Of a DNA stretch of 42,469 nucleotides, positions 15,535 to 25,333 are shown piece by piece. Below the pieces are notes generated by a model. That model was given only the letters and a program-made list of their open reading frames with translations. It did not search any database and was not told where the DNA came from. This stretch comes from a virus (Duplodnaviria > Heunggongvirae > Uroviricota > Caudoviricetes), in the IMG/VR virus record IMGVR_UViG_2541047705_000011. One strand, written 5' to 3'. Within the stretch, counting starts at the first letter, position 1; each line of letters opens with the position of its first letter. The translations under genes and the position numbers were made by a program.

Positions 15535-18044
15535 TGCGGAATATCTCCGGAGAATCTCTGACGCTTCTGTGTCAGATCAAGAACAACAGGAGAACCATCA
15601 TCTTTCAGCAGATAACCAGTACCAAGTTTCACCAGGTACTGACTATCGCCGTAACTTTGCAAACCATACTGACCAGGCGGTGTTTTTATCCCGGTGCCGA
15701 CCACTTGTTCATTCCAAGCCTGATTAACCTGCTTATCGAATTGCTCTGCAGACATTCCCCACGGCAAAAGGACATTCCCCATTCCGTTATAGTCATGCAC
15801 GCCACCTGTAGCTACGTTAACAGCCTGCTTCCAGATATCAGTGTCAATTTCGCCTGATATCACGCCTTTTTTCGCCATCACACCAGCGTAATAGTCCTTT
15901 GCGATCTCGTATGCCATTGATGCCCCCTGAGCATCACCAGCAAATGCATCCTTCACCATGTCAGAAAACTCAAGGCGAAGATCAGCATCTTTAGGCATCG
16001 GAATACCTTTCGCATCATCAGTACCTTTACGAGCCGCCGCGCCAGTAAGAATTGTCTGCGCAGCGGTTTCAGGAGACACGGAAACATCCGGATTAAACCA
16101 GTTTTTTTCTGCCAAAATACCACCAGGCTTGTCCATCAGTATCCCGGCAACGGCAGCAGATGGAGCGTTGGCACTGATCTGCTGTAGTGCTGACATATAC
16201 ACCTGCCCACCACCAGTGCTCTGCCTGATGGTATCGAGATATGCTGCCTGTTGGGAAACTGGAGCATCACGAAAGAAAACACCGATCTGATTGGCCTCGT
16301 CTTTGGAAAAGAACGTCAGTGGAGTGCCATATGACTTAGCAAGGTCACTGACCTGAGCAGCACGCAAGGCAACGCTCTGTCCAAAGTTATCCTTATTGCT
16401 CATGTCGATAGGCTTTGCCTGTCCGGCGGCAAGAGAGAACTGTACAGGATCAGCCTGTCGCTGCTTTATCACCTGGCTTGCAGCCGACACAACGTTGTCA
16501 TAAAGAGCGGCTCGTGCCGCATAACCCTCCCCTGTCTCACCAGTATCCGGGCGTAATTGCTCAACATATGCTGTAATGCTGCTTGTCGGCATGTTGCGGA
16601 AAGAGCCTATATACTGTCCGGCGATTTGCGTATTTCTGAACTCGGTATATCGCAGGTTTCCTTCTCTGACTCCATAAGCTGCAATAAAATCAGCCTCACC
16701 AGGTGGGTTAGGAAATTCAACGCCCCGCATATACGCAGCTGTCGCATCGCGAACCTTGCTGTCAATCATCGTTTTATATTCAGCCTGCTGCTGCCGACGC
16801 AGTTGATCCGCCTGTCGCATAAAACTTGCCTGCGCCTCAGGAGATGCCGCATCGAATGCTGCATTACCGGTATAGCGTTTGGTGTTGGTTGGAATTGTTG
16901 ATAAACCAAGTGCTGCACTGACACCAGCAGTTAACTGCTGATCACTGTATGGCTGGCTACCGTTCTCATGATGGATAATGGCTGCACAAAGCGCCTTCAG
17001 GGTATCAGGATTAGATGCATCGAGAGGCTCATCAGCAGAAACGCCAAGTTGTTCGCACACTGCTTTGATATACGACATAGTGTCATTTTTATCAGTAGGC
17101 GGTGCCCAGCGATTAATTATCTCGCTGACGGTATCAATACCCTGCCTCTGATACGACATCAGGTTCCGCCCTAATGCACGAATCCCGTGTTCAGGTGTTT
17201 CGAATTTAGCAAATCGACCATCATCACCGGTCTGGCCTACCCACGGATTAGTTTTGCTGTATTCGAGATTTCCTGGGTTATTGTTGCGTATGCCACGGGC
17301 ACGCTCGGAAGAGTCACTATCTGCTACAGCACGGCGAGCTCCAGCAGCAGTATCACTTAACTCGCCATTACTTTGGATGAATGCGGTCGCATTGTTTGCC
17401 GACCACTGGGACAATGCAGCATCAGCAACCTTCTCTTTAAACTCGATTTTCTTGGCCTGGATTTGCTCGTCACTCCAGCCATGTGCAATGCCGTAATCCT
17501 CAATTTGCTGGAAAGTTTGCTTATTAGCCAATACGTATGCGGCGTTGTCGCCATACAATGCTGCGGCATTTTTACCATTGTTCAGCAGCGTAGCCTGAAA
17601 CTGGCCTTCTTCGTAGGCATTTATTTGCCCTATCTCGTGCCGCCCTGCCTGCGTAGTGAACTGAATGCGCTGCTGCTGCGCCTGCTGCATGAAAGCATTA
17701 CGAGCCTGTTCATCCGGCAGCGACATAGCCAGTTGTTCGACCTGAGCATCAAACTGCTGCGTATACTCCTGACCTTTTCCAATAGCATTTTTCCCTTTCA
17801 GGTTAAGCAATCCTGTTTCAGGATTATTCAGCAGATCACTGCTTATCTGACTGAGGTTAAGAGATGCCTCCTGAGCCAGAGCGATATTGGCACGCTGTTT
17901 TGCCTGACCAAAAACATCAATTGCCTCTGTCCCTGCCCGAACAAAAGCATCACCAATACCTGGCTGAGAAAACGTCTGCAAGCCTGCTGACTGAACTCCA
18001 CGGCTCTGAACCTGACGGCCGGATACTGTTGGTACGACTGGCAT
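15531..18044 (-). CDS. Internal virion protein (838 aa)
   Basis: Start trimmed to ATG 18044 (MPVVPTVSG) with RBS GGAGG; one-base overlap with stop of upstream gene. Confidence 0.6.
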   Translation of the reverse strand: MPVVPTVSGRQVQSRGVQSAGLQTFSQPGIGDAFVRAGTEAIDVFGQAKQRANIALAQEASLNLSQISSDLLNNPETGLLNLKGKNAIGKGQEYTQQFDAQVEQLAMSLPDEQARNAFMQQAQQQRIQFTTQAGRHEIGQINAYEEGQFQATLLNNGKNAAALYGDNAAYVLANKQTFQQIEDYGIAHGWSDEQIQAKKIEFKEKVADAALSQWSANNATAFIQSNGELSDTAAGARRAVADSDSSERARGIRNNNPGNLEYSKTNPWVGQTGDDGRFAKFETPEHGIRALGRNLMSYQRQGIDTVSEIINRWAPPTDKNDTMSYIKAVCEQLGVSADEPLDASNPDTLKALCAAIIHHENGSQPYSDQQLTAGVSAALGLSTIPTNTKRYTGNAAFDAASPEAQASFMRQADQLRRQQQAEYKTMIDSKVRDATAAYMRGVEFPNPPGEADFIAAYGVREGNLRYTEFRNTQIAGQYIGSFRNMPTSSITAYVEQLRPDTGETGEGYAARAALYDNVVSAASQVIKQRQADPVQFSLAAGQAKPIDMSNKDNFGQSVALRAAQVSDLAKSYGTPLTFFSKDEANQIGVFFRDAPVSQQAAYLDTIRQSTGGGQVYMSALQQISANAPSAAVAGILMDKPGGILAEKNWFNPDVSVSPETAAQTILTGAAARKGTDDAKGIPMPKDADLRLEFSDMVKDAFAGDAQGASMAYEIAKDYYAGVMAKKGVISGEIDTDIWKQAVNVATGGVHDYNGMGNVLLPWGMSAEQFDKQVNQAWNEQVVGTGIKTPPGQYGLQSYGDSQYLVKLGTGYLLKDDGSPVVLDLTQKRQRFSGDIPQ

Positions 18045-18589
18045 TATAATCCTCCGGGTAATCTGGTTCCTGCTGCTGCCCCGATTGGCGCAGGGGTGCT
18101 TTGAGTAAACGGACTCCACGTCCCACCAAACATCTGGTACGCACCGTATGCCTTCAGAGGCGCAGTGAGCAATGTTGTTGCTGCTCCCACATTCCCCTGT
18201 TTACGGGCTGAACTGGCTTCTGCTTTATAGTTGGCAGCCTGAACCTGATAACCGTAAGCCTCGCGTTGCGCGTTATTCACCGTCGTCAGAGAATCAAGAG
18301 CGCCAAACTGGGCAGTGTCGCCAAATATATCCAGCGCGTTACCTGTAGATAAATCAGCGCCGGTAGCCCCCATTGTCGCCGCCTGTGTACCAAGCCGCTG
18401 TCGGGTCTCTCTGCGCCGTTGCTCAGCTTCAGCGTTACCTCTGTTTATTGCATCATTTGCCTGAGCTGTGGCTATATCTGTGTTCGCTTCTGCAACCTTC
18501 GAGACATACTTTCCCTGTTGGTACTGGGTGTATGCCTGAATGCCACTCATGGCGAGCATTGCGCCACCAGCAATAACCGGATCGCACAT
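18044..18589 (-). CDS. Internal virion protein (181 aa)
   Basis: ORF track; Ala/Gly/Gln-rich; coupled to flanking genes. Confidence 0.55.
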   Translation of the reverse strand: MCDPVIAGGAMLAMSGIQAYTQYQQGKYVSKVAEANTDIATAQANDAINRGNAEAEQRRRETRQRLGTQAATMGATGADLSTGNALDIFGDTAQFGALDSLTTVNNAQREAYGYQVQAANYKAEASSARKQGNVGAATTLLTAPLKAYGAYQMFGGTWSPFTQSTPAPIGAAAGTRLPGGL

Positions 18590-19053
18590 TATTTTCTCTC
18601 CATGTGAAATCTGTGGAAATTAAGACCAAGAGCACCATAAGGCGCGGCTTCTTCAAGCCTGAATCCAAGCCAGTGCAGCCATGCTTTGGCAACATGGTTT
18701 CGCTCGTCGACGTAGTTTTCCAGGCGCGGATAAACTGCCAGCATCTGCTGCAATACAGGGCGGCAGTGGCGAAGAAATGTCTTCTGATATTTTTCAATAC
18801 GGCTGGTTCCTACCAGCCAGGGCGTACCATTGCCACCGATCATTGACGCCGGAGATACGCCAAACATGGTTACCAGTTCTCCGTTCGCAAATCCTGACCA
18901 GGCCATAGTCGCAGTGCGAAGACCAACACGCAGCGCATCTTCGGTAGTCATCAGCGATACCGCATACAGTTCGTCAATATCAGCCTGACGAACATCCGGC
19001 AAAATCATCTGAAGATGCTCTTCGGTAGCGGGAATAATTTGAACGTCAATCAT
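18589..19053 (-). CDS. Virion assembly protein (154 aa), unknown function
   Basis: ORF track; start overlaps stop of the 823-aa gene. Confidence 0.5.
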   Translation of the reverse strand: MIDVQIIPATEEHLQMILPDVRQADIDELYAVSLMTTEDALRVGLRTATMAWSGFANGELVTMFGVSPASMIGGNGTPWLVGTSRIEKYQKTFLRHCRPVLQQMLAVYPRLENYVDERNHVAKAWLHWLGFRLEEAAPYGALGLNFHRFHMERK

Positions 19054-21524
19054 CAGAATCCCCCAACAGTAAGGCGAGGAATAACGGCAAGAACAGACAG
19101 CGGCAACGGGTCAAGCTGACGGATTTTTACACGTCCGTTTTTGCCCCAGTTACTGTCCAGTTTCACTTCTACTTTTCCGGTAGCATCATCAACAGGATCA
19201 TCGTAGAACTCGAATTCACGCTGTGGATATTCGTACCATTTACCGCCGGGCGTAGTCGCCCAGATGCCGCGACTGGCATTCACAACCAGAGTAACGGACG
19301 GGATCACCTGTTTTTTGTCCAGCAGCGTTTCCTGTCCGTTAATGTTGATATCCAGTGTTTCGAATTCAGCAGTTATTGGCAGGCCGATGTGCACTACAGC
19401 CCCCGGTGATTCCAGCGTGACGGCACCTCCGGAAACCACTTTCTGTGGTTCCACGTTCGCATCAGAGAGGATGTTTACGGTCTGGCCTTCAAGATGAGAC
19501 AAGCCGCCAAATGTCCGGCGCGCCATCTGCCAGTTCGTGGTGGCCACATTCCTGAGGGATGGCGGGACGTTCCTGTTAGCACGAACCACTACAGCGGTAT
19601 TGCTGGTTACAGAAATAATGTCGCAACGTAATTCTTTTGACACCTCATCGCCAGTATCAGGATCAGTTCCGGTATAAGGGAACTGTAGTTGCGCGCCGAC
19701 ATCACTACTGGTGAAGTACGCACCACCAGAAACACTGATTGTATATTCCGCGCGGTAATCCCATTCGCCAGAACCACCAGTGATGGTCATCGTTCTGTCA
19801 GACGTATTTCTTCCATCATAGCTAAGGCCAGAATCAACAAAGAAAGCATCTTCATCGCTGGTAAATAAACGGCTGGACAGTCGCTCGATGTATCTCACTG
19901 TTTGCCCGTTAACGGTTCGGTTAATGACGAAATACACCGCATCTTCATTGCCTTCGCTGATACTGCATGTGCTTTCATATTTTCCGGTACTGGACTGTGG
20001 TGCCCATGCAAAAACCTGTTGATCACGCAAATAGGTCATCACCAGTAATTTACCGTCATCACGAATGCAGAAGGCGCTGGAGTAAGGGACTATCGAGAAG
20101 CACCAGTCAACAATGCTGTGCTTCTGAAAAAGATGATTGGCAAGGATGGTCAGGTCGTTCCCCTGATAGCCGTCAACATCGAATGAGTAGGCCAGATCAC
20201 GGACAACGCTGCCTTTCTCCTGGACGAACAGAGCAATATTCGCCACGGCAATTGGCGGGACGTTGCTTGAGCCATTTGATCCCTGAGAGCTGAATGCAAA
20301 TGATGATGGGGTTAACACTTTGTTCTGGTCGCCGGTGATGACGTACTCACCTCCGGAAGTCAGCGCCACCAGAGAACCAACATCAATCAGGTGGCGGATC
20401 TCATTAACCTGACGTCCGGCATAGGTGTAGATAATTCTGTCGTCATCCTGCGTAGGATTGCTTTTGCCAAAATCCTTATAATCCCCGGTACGGCTGGCCC
20501 AGATAGTCTGAGGAAACGCAGTCGATGCGGCGAAGTAAAGACGTTGTTGATAATAAACAACAGTGCCAGGATAACCATTAACACTGTTCCAGGCATATTT
20601 AGCCCATTTATAGCTGGCATTATCCTCGCCCACGACCTGCGAAGGGATATAGGAAATCACCTCGGCAGTTGCAGTAGTTCCATTTGCAGCAGTGATACGG
20701 GCAATGCCAAAACCACTGTGCAGATATTCCCACTCAATGCCAGTATCATCATCACCGGATCCGCCCCAGCCATCCCATGATGTGCCTTCTGTATGCGAAG
20801 GGCGCAAAGTACCTGTTTTGCCTGCTGTAACGGCGCGATAGTAGTTACTGTCTGCACGGCGAATATCGCCAATCGACGTACTCTTACTGGTTTCCCATAC
20901 CGGCACAGAATCCACTGCAGGCTGTTCCAGATAGAACAATTTGCCTACCTGCTCCGCGCCAAAAATAGAGGCGCTTGCCGTTAGCGTAATTGTCCCGGTG
21001 CTGGCGCTGGCATAAACCGTCACTGACTCGTCAATATTGATATCTTCAAATGGCCCGTTCTTCGTTACCACATCAACCAGTTGCCAGTTGTCATGCGCAT
21101 AGCGGCGCAACTCTTTCGGCGGGTATGCCGGATGAACCAGCGTAAGCACGTCTGCGCTTTGCGTGAATTTAATTCGGAACAGATCGGCTTCAGTATATGG
21201 CGTGGCAATTTCATAAATAACATTGCTGCTGTTCAGCACCAACGCACCATCTTTGATAACGCGCATGTACTGGTGTCCAAACTCCAGAGCATAAGTCTGA
21301 ACCGTCGAGAACTGGAACGGGATCAGGCGGCATTTCCGATTTGGGTATTTGGCGGCACCGACAAAACGCGTACCAGGTCGATTCTCAACGCCGCCATACT
21401 GCCGCACGATAAAGTTATCGCACTTGCGCAATGCCACCTGGTACTTAGCCATGTCAATACGCCCGTACAACGACGGTCCAATCTCACCACCGGCAAAGCT
21501 GGGCTGGATCCAACTGATAGCCAT
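19053..21524 (-). CDS. Tail tubular protein B-like (nozzle)
   Basis: 823 aa directly downstream of tubular-A-like gene; size and position match podovirus tail-tube protein B. Confidence 0.55.
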   Translation of the reverse strand: MAISWIQPSFAGGEIGPSLYGRIDMAKYQVALRKCDNFIVRQYGGVENRPGTRFVGAAKYPNRKCRLIPFQFSTVQTYALEFGHQYMRVIKDGALVLNSSNVIYEIATPYTEADLFRIKFTQSADVLTLVHPAYPPKELRRYAHDNWQLVDVVTKNGPFEDINIDESVTVYASASTGTITLTASASIFGAEQVGKLFYLEQPAVDSVPVWETSKSTSIGDIRRADSNYYRAVTAGKTGTLRPSHTEGTSWDGWGGSGDDDTGIEWEYLHSGFGIARITAANGTTATAEVISYIPSQVVGEDNASYKWAKYAWNSVNGYPGTVVYYQQRLYFAASTAFPQTIWASRTGDYKDFGKSNPTQDDDRIIYTYAGRQVNEIRHLIDVGSLVALTSGGEYVITGDQNKVLTPSSFAFSSQGSNGSSNVPPIAVANIALFVQEKGSVVRDLAYSFDVDGYQGNDLTILANHLFQKHSIVDWCFSIVPYSSAFCIRDDGKLLVMTYLRDQQVFAWAPQSSTGKYESTCSISEGNEDAVYFVINRTVNGQTVRYIERLSSRLFTSDEDAFFVDSGLSYDGRNTSDRTMTITGGSGEWDYRAEYTISVSGGAYFTSSDVGAQLQFPYTGTDPDTGDEVSKELRCDIISVTSNTAVVVRANRNVPPSLRNVATTNWQMARRTFGGLSHLEGQTVNILSDANVEPQKVVSGGAVTLESPGAVVHIGLPITAEFETLDININGQETLLDKKQVIPSVTLVVNASRGIWATTPGGKWYEYPQREFEFYDDPVDDATGKVEVKLDSNWGKNGRVKIRQLDPLPLSVLAVIPRLTVGGF

Positions 21525-22129
21525 CAGGACAACCTCGCAATGGTAAACTCATCAACCGGTGGCTGTGGTTCCTGTGATTCATTCTGGCTATGCGAGCCAG
21601 CACTAAGAATCACGCGATTGTACATATTGAGGGCAAACGTACCGAGGTCTTCATTCCCAGTCAGCGCCATGTTAATAGCTGCCGCAAGACGCCAGGCCAA
21701 CGCCTCCATAAAAATGGCATCAAACATGTTCACATCTGAAACGCGAGAGACATACTTGAGCCATGCCTGCGGCTGGTCTGTGTAGATCAACTTTCCTGTT
21801 CCGTTGGTGTCTGCACCAACTTCGTACTGAACGCGCATTGCTGCTGTTGGATTGCGTACACCAGGAAGCATAATTTCAGTAATGCGCAGACAATCGGACG
21901 GGTACTGATACGCATATTCCCAGTCAGGCGGTGGATTGCTCGTATCTGCAAGCGCCACGCGTTTGGTAGCAAAGTTCCAGTCAAAATCAGAAAGCACAGC
22001 ATCACGGCAGGCCTCAAAGTGCAGCGAACATTCCCCCGCTTCCTTGCTGGCTTCCGTCAGGCTGTTAATGCTGCGGCTATTGCCAATATTGGACAGCGCA
22101 CGATTGCAGATCTCTACTACAGAGGCCAT
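21524..22129 (-). CDS. Tail tubular protein A-like
   Basis: 201 aa; N-terminal EICNRALSNIGNS resembles the T7 gp11 N-terminus (recalled, not searched). Confidence 0.5.
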   Translation of the reverse strand: MASVVEICNRALSNIGNSRSINSLTEASKEAGECSLHFEACRDAVLSDFDWNFATKRVALADTSNPPPDWEYAYQYPSDCLRITEIMLPGVRNPTAAMRVQYEVGADTNGTGKLIYTDQPQAWLKYVSRVSDVNMFDAIFMEALAWRLAAAINMALTGNEDLGTFALNMYNRVILSAGSHSQNESQEPQPPVDEFTIARLS

Positions 22130-22452
22130 TACTCACCCCCATTGCCGTACAGGGTTTCAGCCGCTGATTTTTCTACATCCCCGGAAACAGGAGCGATCGC
22201 CATATCAGTGATCTGCAGATCGGCGCTGCGATTAACACCATCGTCAGTTTCTCTGGCAGACAGGCCTCGAATAACAGCTTTTGCAGTTATCATCACTTCT
22301 GTTCCGACGCCCTGAGGTTGCGCCTTCAGCTTATTCAATGTGTCGTTATTAAGAGTGATGCACAGCCCCCACGGGTATTCATCGCGAGTTCTGGTTTCTC
22401 CGCTCTCATCCTGGTAGCTGTCAGTGCCGGTTTTGAGGTTTACGAGTTCCAT
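22129..22452 (-). CDS. Hypothetical virion protein
   Basis: Track ORF starts at GTG 22458; internal ATG 22452 has RBS AGGAG at 5 nt. Confidence 0.5.
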   Translation of the reverse strand: MELVNLKTGTDSYQDESGETRTRDEYPWGLCITLNNDTLNKLKAQPQGVGTEVMITAKAVIRGLSARETDDGVNRSADLQITDMAIAPVSGDVEKSAAETLYGNGGE

Positions 22453-22463
22453 ATACACTCCTG

Positions 22464-22484
22464 CAATAAAGGGGCCGAAGCCCC
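22464..22484 (-). terminator. Intra-operon hairpin GGGGC-UUCG-GCCCC plus U-tract (partial terminator or mRNA stabiliser)
   Basis: UUCG tetraloop hairpin then TTTATTG on minus strand, just before next gene's RBS. Confidence 0.4.
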
Positions 22485-22502
22485 TTGTCGGATTCGCGAG
22501 GC

Positions 22503-22847
22503 TTACACGCCTAGTTCTTTACGCTTATCTGCGATCTTCTCGCGGAGCGTTTCGGCTTTAGCGTTATGGTGTGGCTTCTCGTTAAAGAGCAATTCGTACT
22601 CTTCACGGAGCTTATCCAGTTCACCATCATCTGACACATCGTTGATGATTTTGGTGCTGGTTGCTGCCATTGACACCTTTCCTGCAACTTTTGCTTTTGC
22701 CTGTCTGGCTGCATCGTTAACAGGTTCCAGTGCGCTACCAGGCTCACCTTCGTATTCGATTTCTGCCCCCTCCGGCCACAGAGTGTTATGGATATGAGAG
22801 AGGCGCAGAACGCGGTATCTTGGTTTCTCACCTGACATCGATATCAC
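22503..22847 (-). CDS. Hypothetical virion-module protein (114 aa)
   Basis: ORF track; within capsid-proximal cluster. Confidence 0.5.
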   Translation of the reverse strand: MISMSGEKPRYRVLRLSHIHNTLWPEGAEIEYEGEPGSALEPVNDAARQAKAKVAGKVSMAATSTKIINDVSDDGELDKLREEYELLFNEKPHHNAKAETLREKIADKRKELGV

Positions 22848-22848
22848 C

Positions 22849-23286
22849 TTAACCAGTTACTTTTGAGCGGATCGGATACGGCGTATTGGCATCAACATCA
22901 AGACTGATACCAGCAGTGAATTCGCCAGCCGTTAGTGGGCCAGTTGCGACGGAGTAGTTAACACGCAGATATCGCTGAACACCGGCAGGCACCTTTGCAG
23001 AAACAACTCGTTTACCTGCTGTCAGGGCGGTCTTTGCCAGTGCGCCACTATCATAAATAGTGGTCCATGAGCTGTTATTCTCACTCGTCTGCAACTGGAT
23101 GTTTACAGTTGCATCACCGCTTGCTGAGGCGGCTGCGTTAACCAGCACCCAAAACTCAAGCGGGTAACCCACGCCGATATCGCGATGGTTTCCATCAATT
23201 GGACCGAGATCGATTACGTCAGTAGAAGCCGCGGTATCAGTTACCGCCTGTGCTTCGGAGAACATCAACAGTTTGTCGGTGATCAT
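22849..23286 (-). CDS. Putative capsid decoration/structural protein (145 aa)
   Basis: ORF track; directly downstream of major capsid gene; RBS GGAGAAAG. Confidence 0.5.
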   Translation of the reverse strand: MITDKLLMFSEAQAVTDTAASTDVIDLGPIDGNHRDIGVGYPLEFWVLVNAAASASGDATVNIQLQTSENNSSWTTIYDSGALAKTALTAGKRVVSAKVPAGVQRYLRVNYSVATGPLTAGEFTAGISLDVDANTPYPIRSKVTG

Positions 23287-23337
23287 CTTCTTTCTCCATT
23301 AGTGGGTCTGTTACGACCCACAGGTTAATAACAGGCG

Positions 23338-24330
23338 TTACACCACGCGGGCTTCTGTTTCCAGAAGCGCATCAGTTTCACGGATTGGTACACCACGGAA
23401 TGAAGTCCACCACTCGCCTTCTGTCTCTTTTACGCTGATCGCCAGAGATGTTTTCTCCAGAGATTGCAGATCAAGAGCCTGGCCTACAGTGCGGTTCATG
23501 TAGAACACCGGGCGACCCATGCCACGATTTGGAATGCGATGCAGTGCTTTAACCATCAACTTCGCAATATTTGCGGCAGAGGATGGTTCTGAAAGATTGC
23601 TGACATCGATGTTTGCAATGCGAACAACATAACGCCAGTCACGCAGAGCAAGTCCGTTATCCCATTTGTAATGGGTACGGTAGCCTTCGTACTTGCCGCC
23701 ATTAGCATCTTCCAGTGTCACCTGGCCTTTATCTTCCATCTGAATGCCAGCCTTCTGCCCTTTCGGGAAGATGCCATGCACGGTGTTTTCGCCCCACACC
23801 ACTAACCAGATTGAGGTGTTATCTGTACCCGTGCCACCAGCATCAATGATGTTCTGAGCATTACCTGCAGACAGGCTGGAATAGCGGGAGGACAGTCCCA
23901 TAAACTGCTGAGGGTTAACGCTGGAATCACCATAAAACAGCGTCTGCGCCATCTGCTGATTCATCGCTTCAATAAATGCGCGGTCTTCAGACAGGCGGAA
24001 TTCGGCGGTATTGCCGTTCAGATCAGCCAGTGACTTATCGACTTCAGCATAGGTTTCCAGCATGCCCACGTAATCGGTTACCTGCACTGTGGTTGATTTG
24101 CTTGGCTGTACGCCATAGTTCAGCAAACGCCAGGTAGCTGAAGGTAAACCAGAACGAATGGTGGTTCGGTGTCCGGTAGGAAGGTTCCCTTCGACAAAAG
24201 GCATATCCTGAAGGATCGGGTTAGTTTGACCGAGAAGCTCGATAATCTTATCGACTTTCCCGTTTTGATCGACGCGCTTACCCCAGTCAGCCAGCGTCAG
24301 CGCAGTTAAGCCTTTAACAGCCATTGTCAT
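23338..24330 (-). CDS. Major capsid protein
   Basis: 330 aa; follows the acidic scaffold gene; size and position typical. Confidence 0.7.
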   Translation of the reverse strand: MTMAVKGLTALTLADWGKRVDQNGKVDKIIELLGQTNPILQDMPFVEGNLPTGHRTTIRSGLPSATWRLLNYGVQPSKSTTVQVTDYVGMLETYAEVDKSLADLNGNTAEFRLSEDRAFIEAMNQQMAQTLFYGDSSVNPQQFMGLSSRYSSLSAGNAQNIIDAGGTGTDNTSIWLVVWGENTVHGIFPKGQKAGIQMEDKGQVTLEDANGGKYEGYRTHYKWDNGLALRDWRYVVRIANIDVSNLSEPSSAANIAKLMVKALHRIPNRGMGRPVFYMNRTVGQALDLQSLEKTSLAISVKETEGEWWTSFRGVPIRETDALLETEARVV

Positions 24331-24338
24331 TTCCTCTC

Positions 24339-25040
24339 TTATTTGCCATAGAGCACTTCGGCCGCACTACGCTGGCCTTCATTACCACCGGTGACCATGC
24401 CATCTTCAGACATCGCCTTTCCGATTTTCACGAACGTTTTGACCAGATCAGGGTGATTACCCAGCCCGGTGGTGTTCAGATATTCTTTGAGTTCAGGTGT
24501 CCCGAACTGGTCAAGCGCACGCTGTGCGGCGCTAAGGTTAGAAATCAACTTGTCGCCACCGATTTCTTTGTCGGCTTTTACATCCGCAGCCCACTGCTCG
24601 GTTGTTTTCTGCCAGGCTTCTGCCTGGCGCTGCTGAACACCTGCCAGAATCTTCGGATAAGCATCAACCAGCTTTTGCGCTTGCTCGTTGGTCAGGTTTA
24701 GTTCTCGCGCCACCGGCTCGAATTCCTTCAATGCTTCTGTATCCAGCTCTACGCCTTCGGCAGCCTGAAACTCGTACTTTTCAGGCGCACCCTCTGGTTT
24801 ATCGCCGTCCTTTTTTTCATCCTGCTTATCGTTTTCAGGCTTTTTGTCATCAGCAGGTTTATCGCCATCAGCAACAGGTTGTGGCTTATCACCTTCCTGT
24901 TGTGATGGATCACCAACTGGAGCAGGGTTATCACCTGCAGGCGCTGACGGTTCTGACGCAGCCGGAGCTGCTCCACCATCGACTGGTTGCTCATTGCAAA
25001 GACGGCGATACAGCAAACGCTCAAATAAATTCATGATCAC
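24339..25040 (-). CDS. Scaffolding protein
   Basis: Acidic, Pro/Asp/Lys-rich low-complexity N-terminal half; between portal and capsid. Confidence 0.6.
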   Translation of the reverse strand: MIMNLFERLLYRRLCNEQPVDGGAAPAASEPSAPAGDNPAPVGDPSQQEGDKPQPVADGDKPADDKKPENDKQDEKKDGDKPEGAPEKYEFQAAEGVELDTEALKEFEPVARELNLTNEQAQKLVDAYPKILAGVQQRQAEAWQKTTEQWAADVKADKEIGGDKLISNLSAAQRALDQFGTPELKEYLNTTGLGNHPDLVKTFVKIGKAMSEDGMVTGGNEGQRSAAEVLYGK

Positions 25041-25333
25041 TCCTGTTCACTGGCCTCTTTGGCCATCTTCAAATACTGTTCAGGGCAATGCGCCATAACG
25101 CGCTGAAACAGTTCCAGCGCCAGATTGCGTTGCCCCTCATTAAATGCCATTGCCATAGCATCCATCGGTGAGATAGCGGAAAACACACGGCCTTTCTCCA
25201 GCACCGACCAGACAACGCGACGCCCCTGTTCACTGCTCATGACAAAGCGAATGTCATCAATTTCACGCTGTGCCATGTCACGTTGCTTACGGGCGTTTTC
25301 TTCTTTCAGTTGATCGTCTTCATAATCTGTCAT
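25037..25333 (-). CDS. Small head-assembly-module protein (98 aa)
   Basis: ORF track; overlaps portal stop and scaffold start. Confidence 0.45.
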   Translation of the reverse strand: MTDYEDDQLKEENARKQRDMAQREIDDIRFVMSSEQGRRVVWSVLEKGRVFSAISPMDAMAMAFNEGQRNLALELFQRVMAHCPEQYLKMAKEASEQE

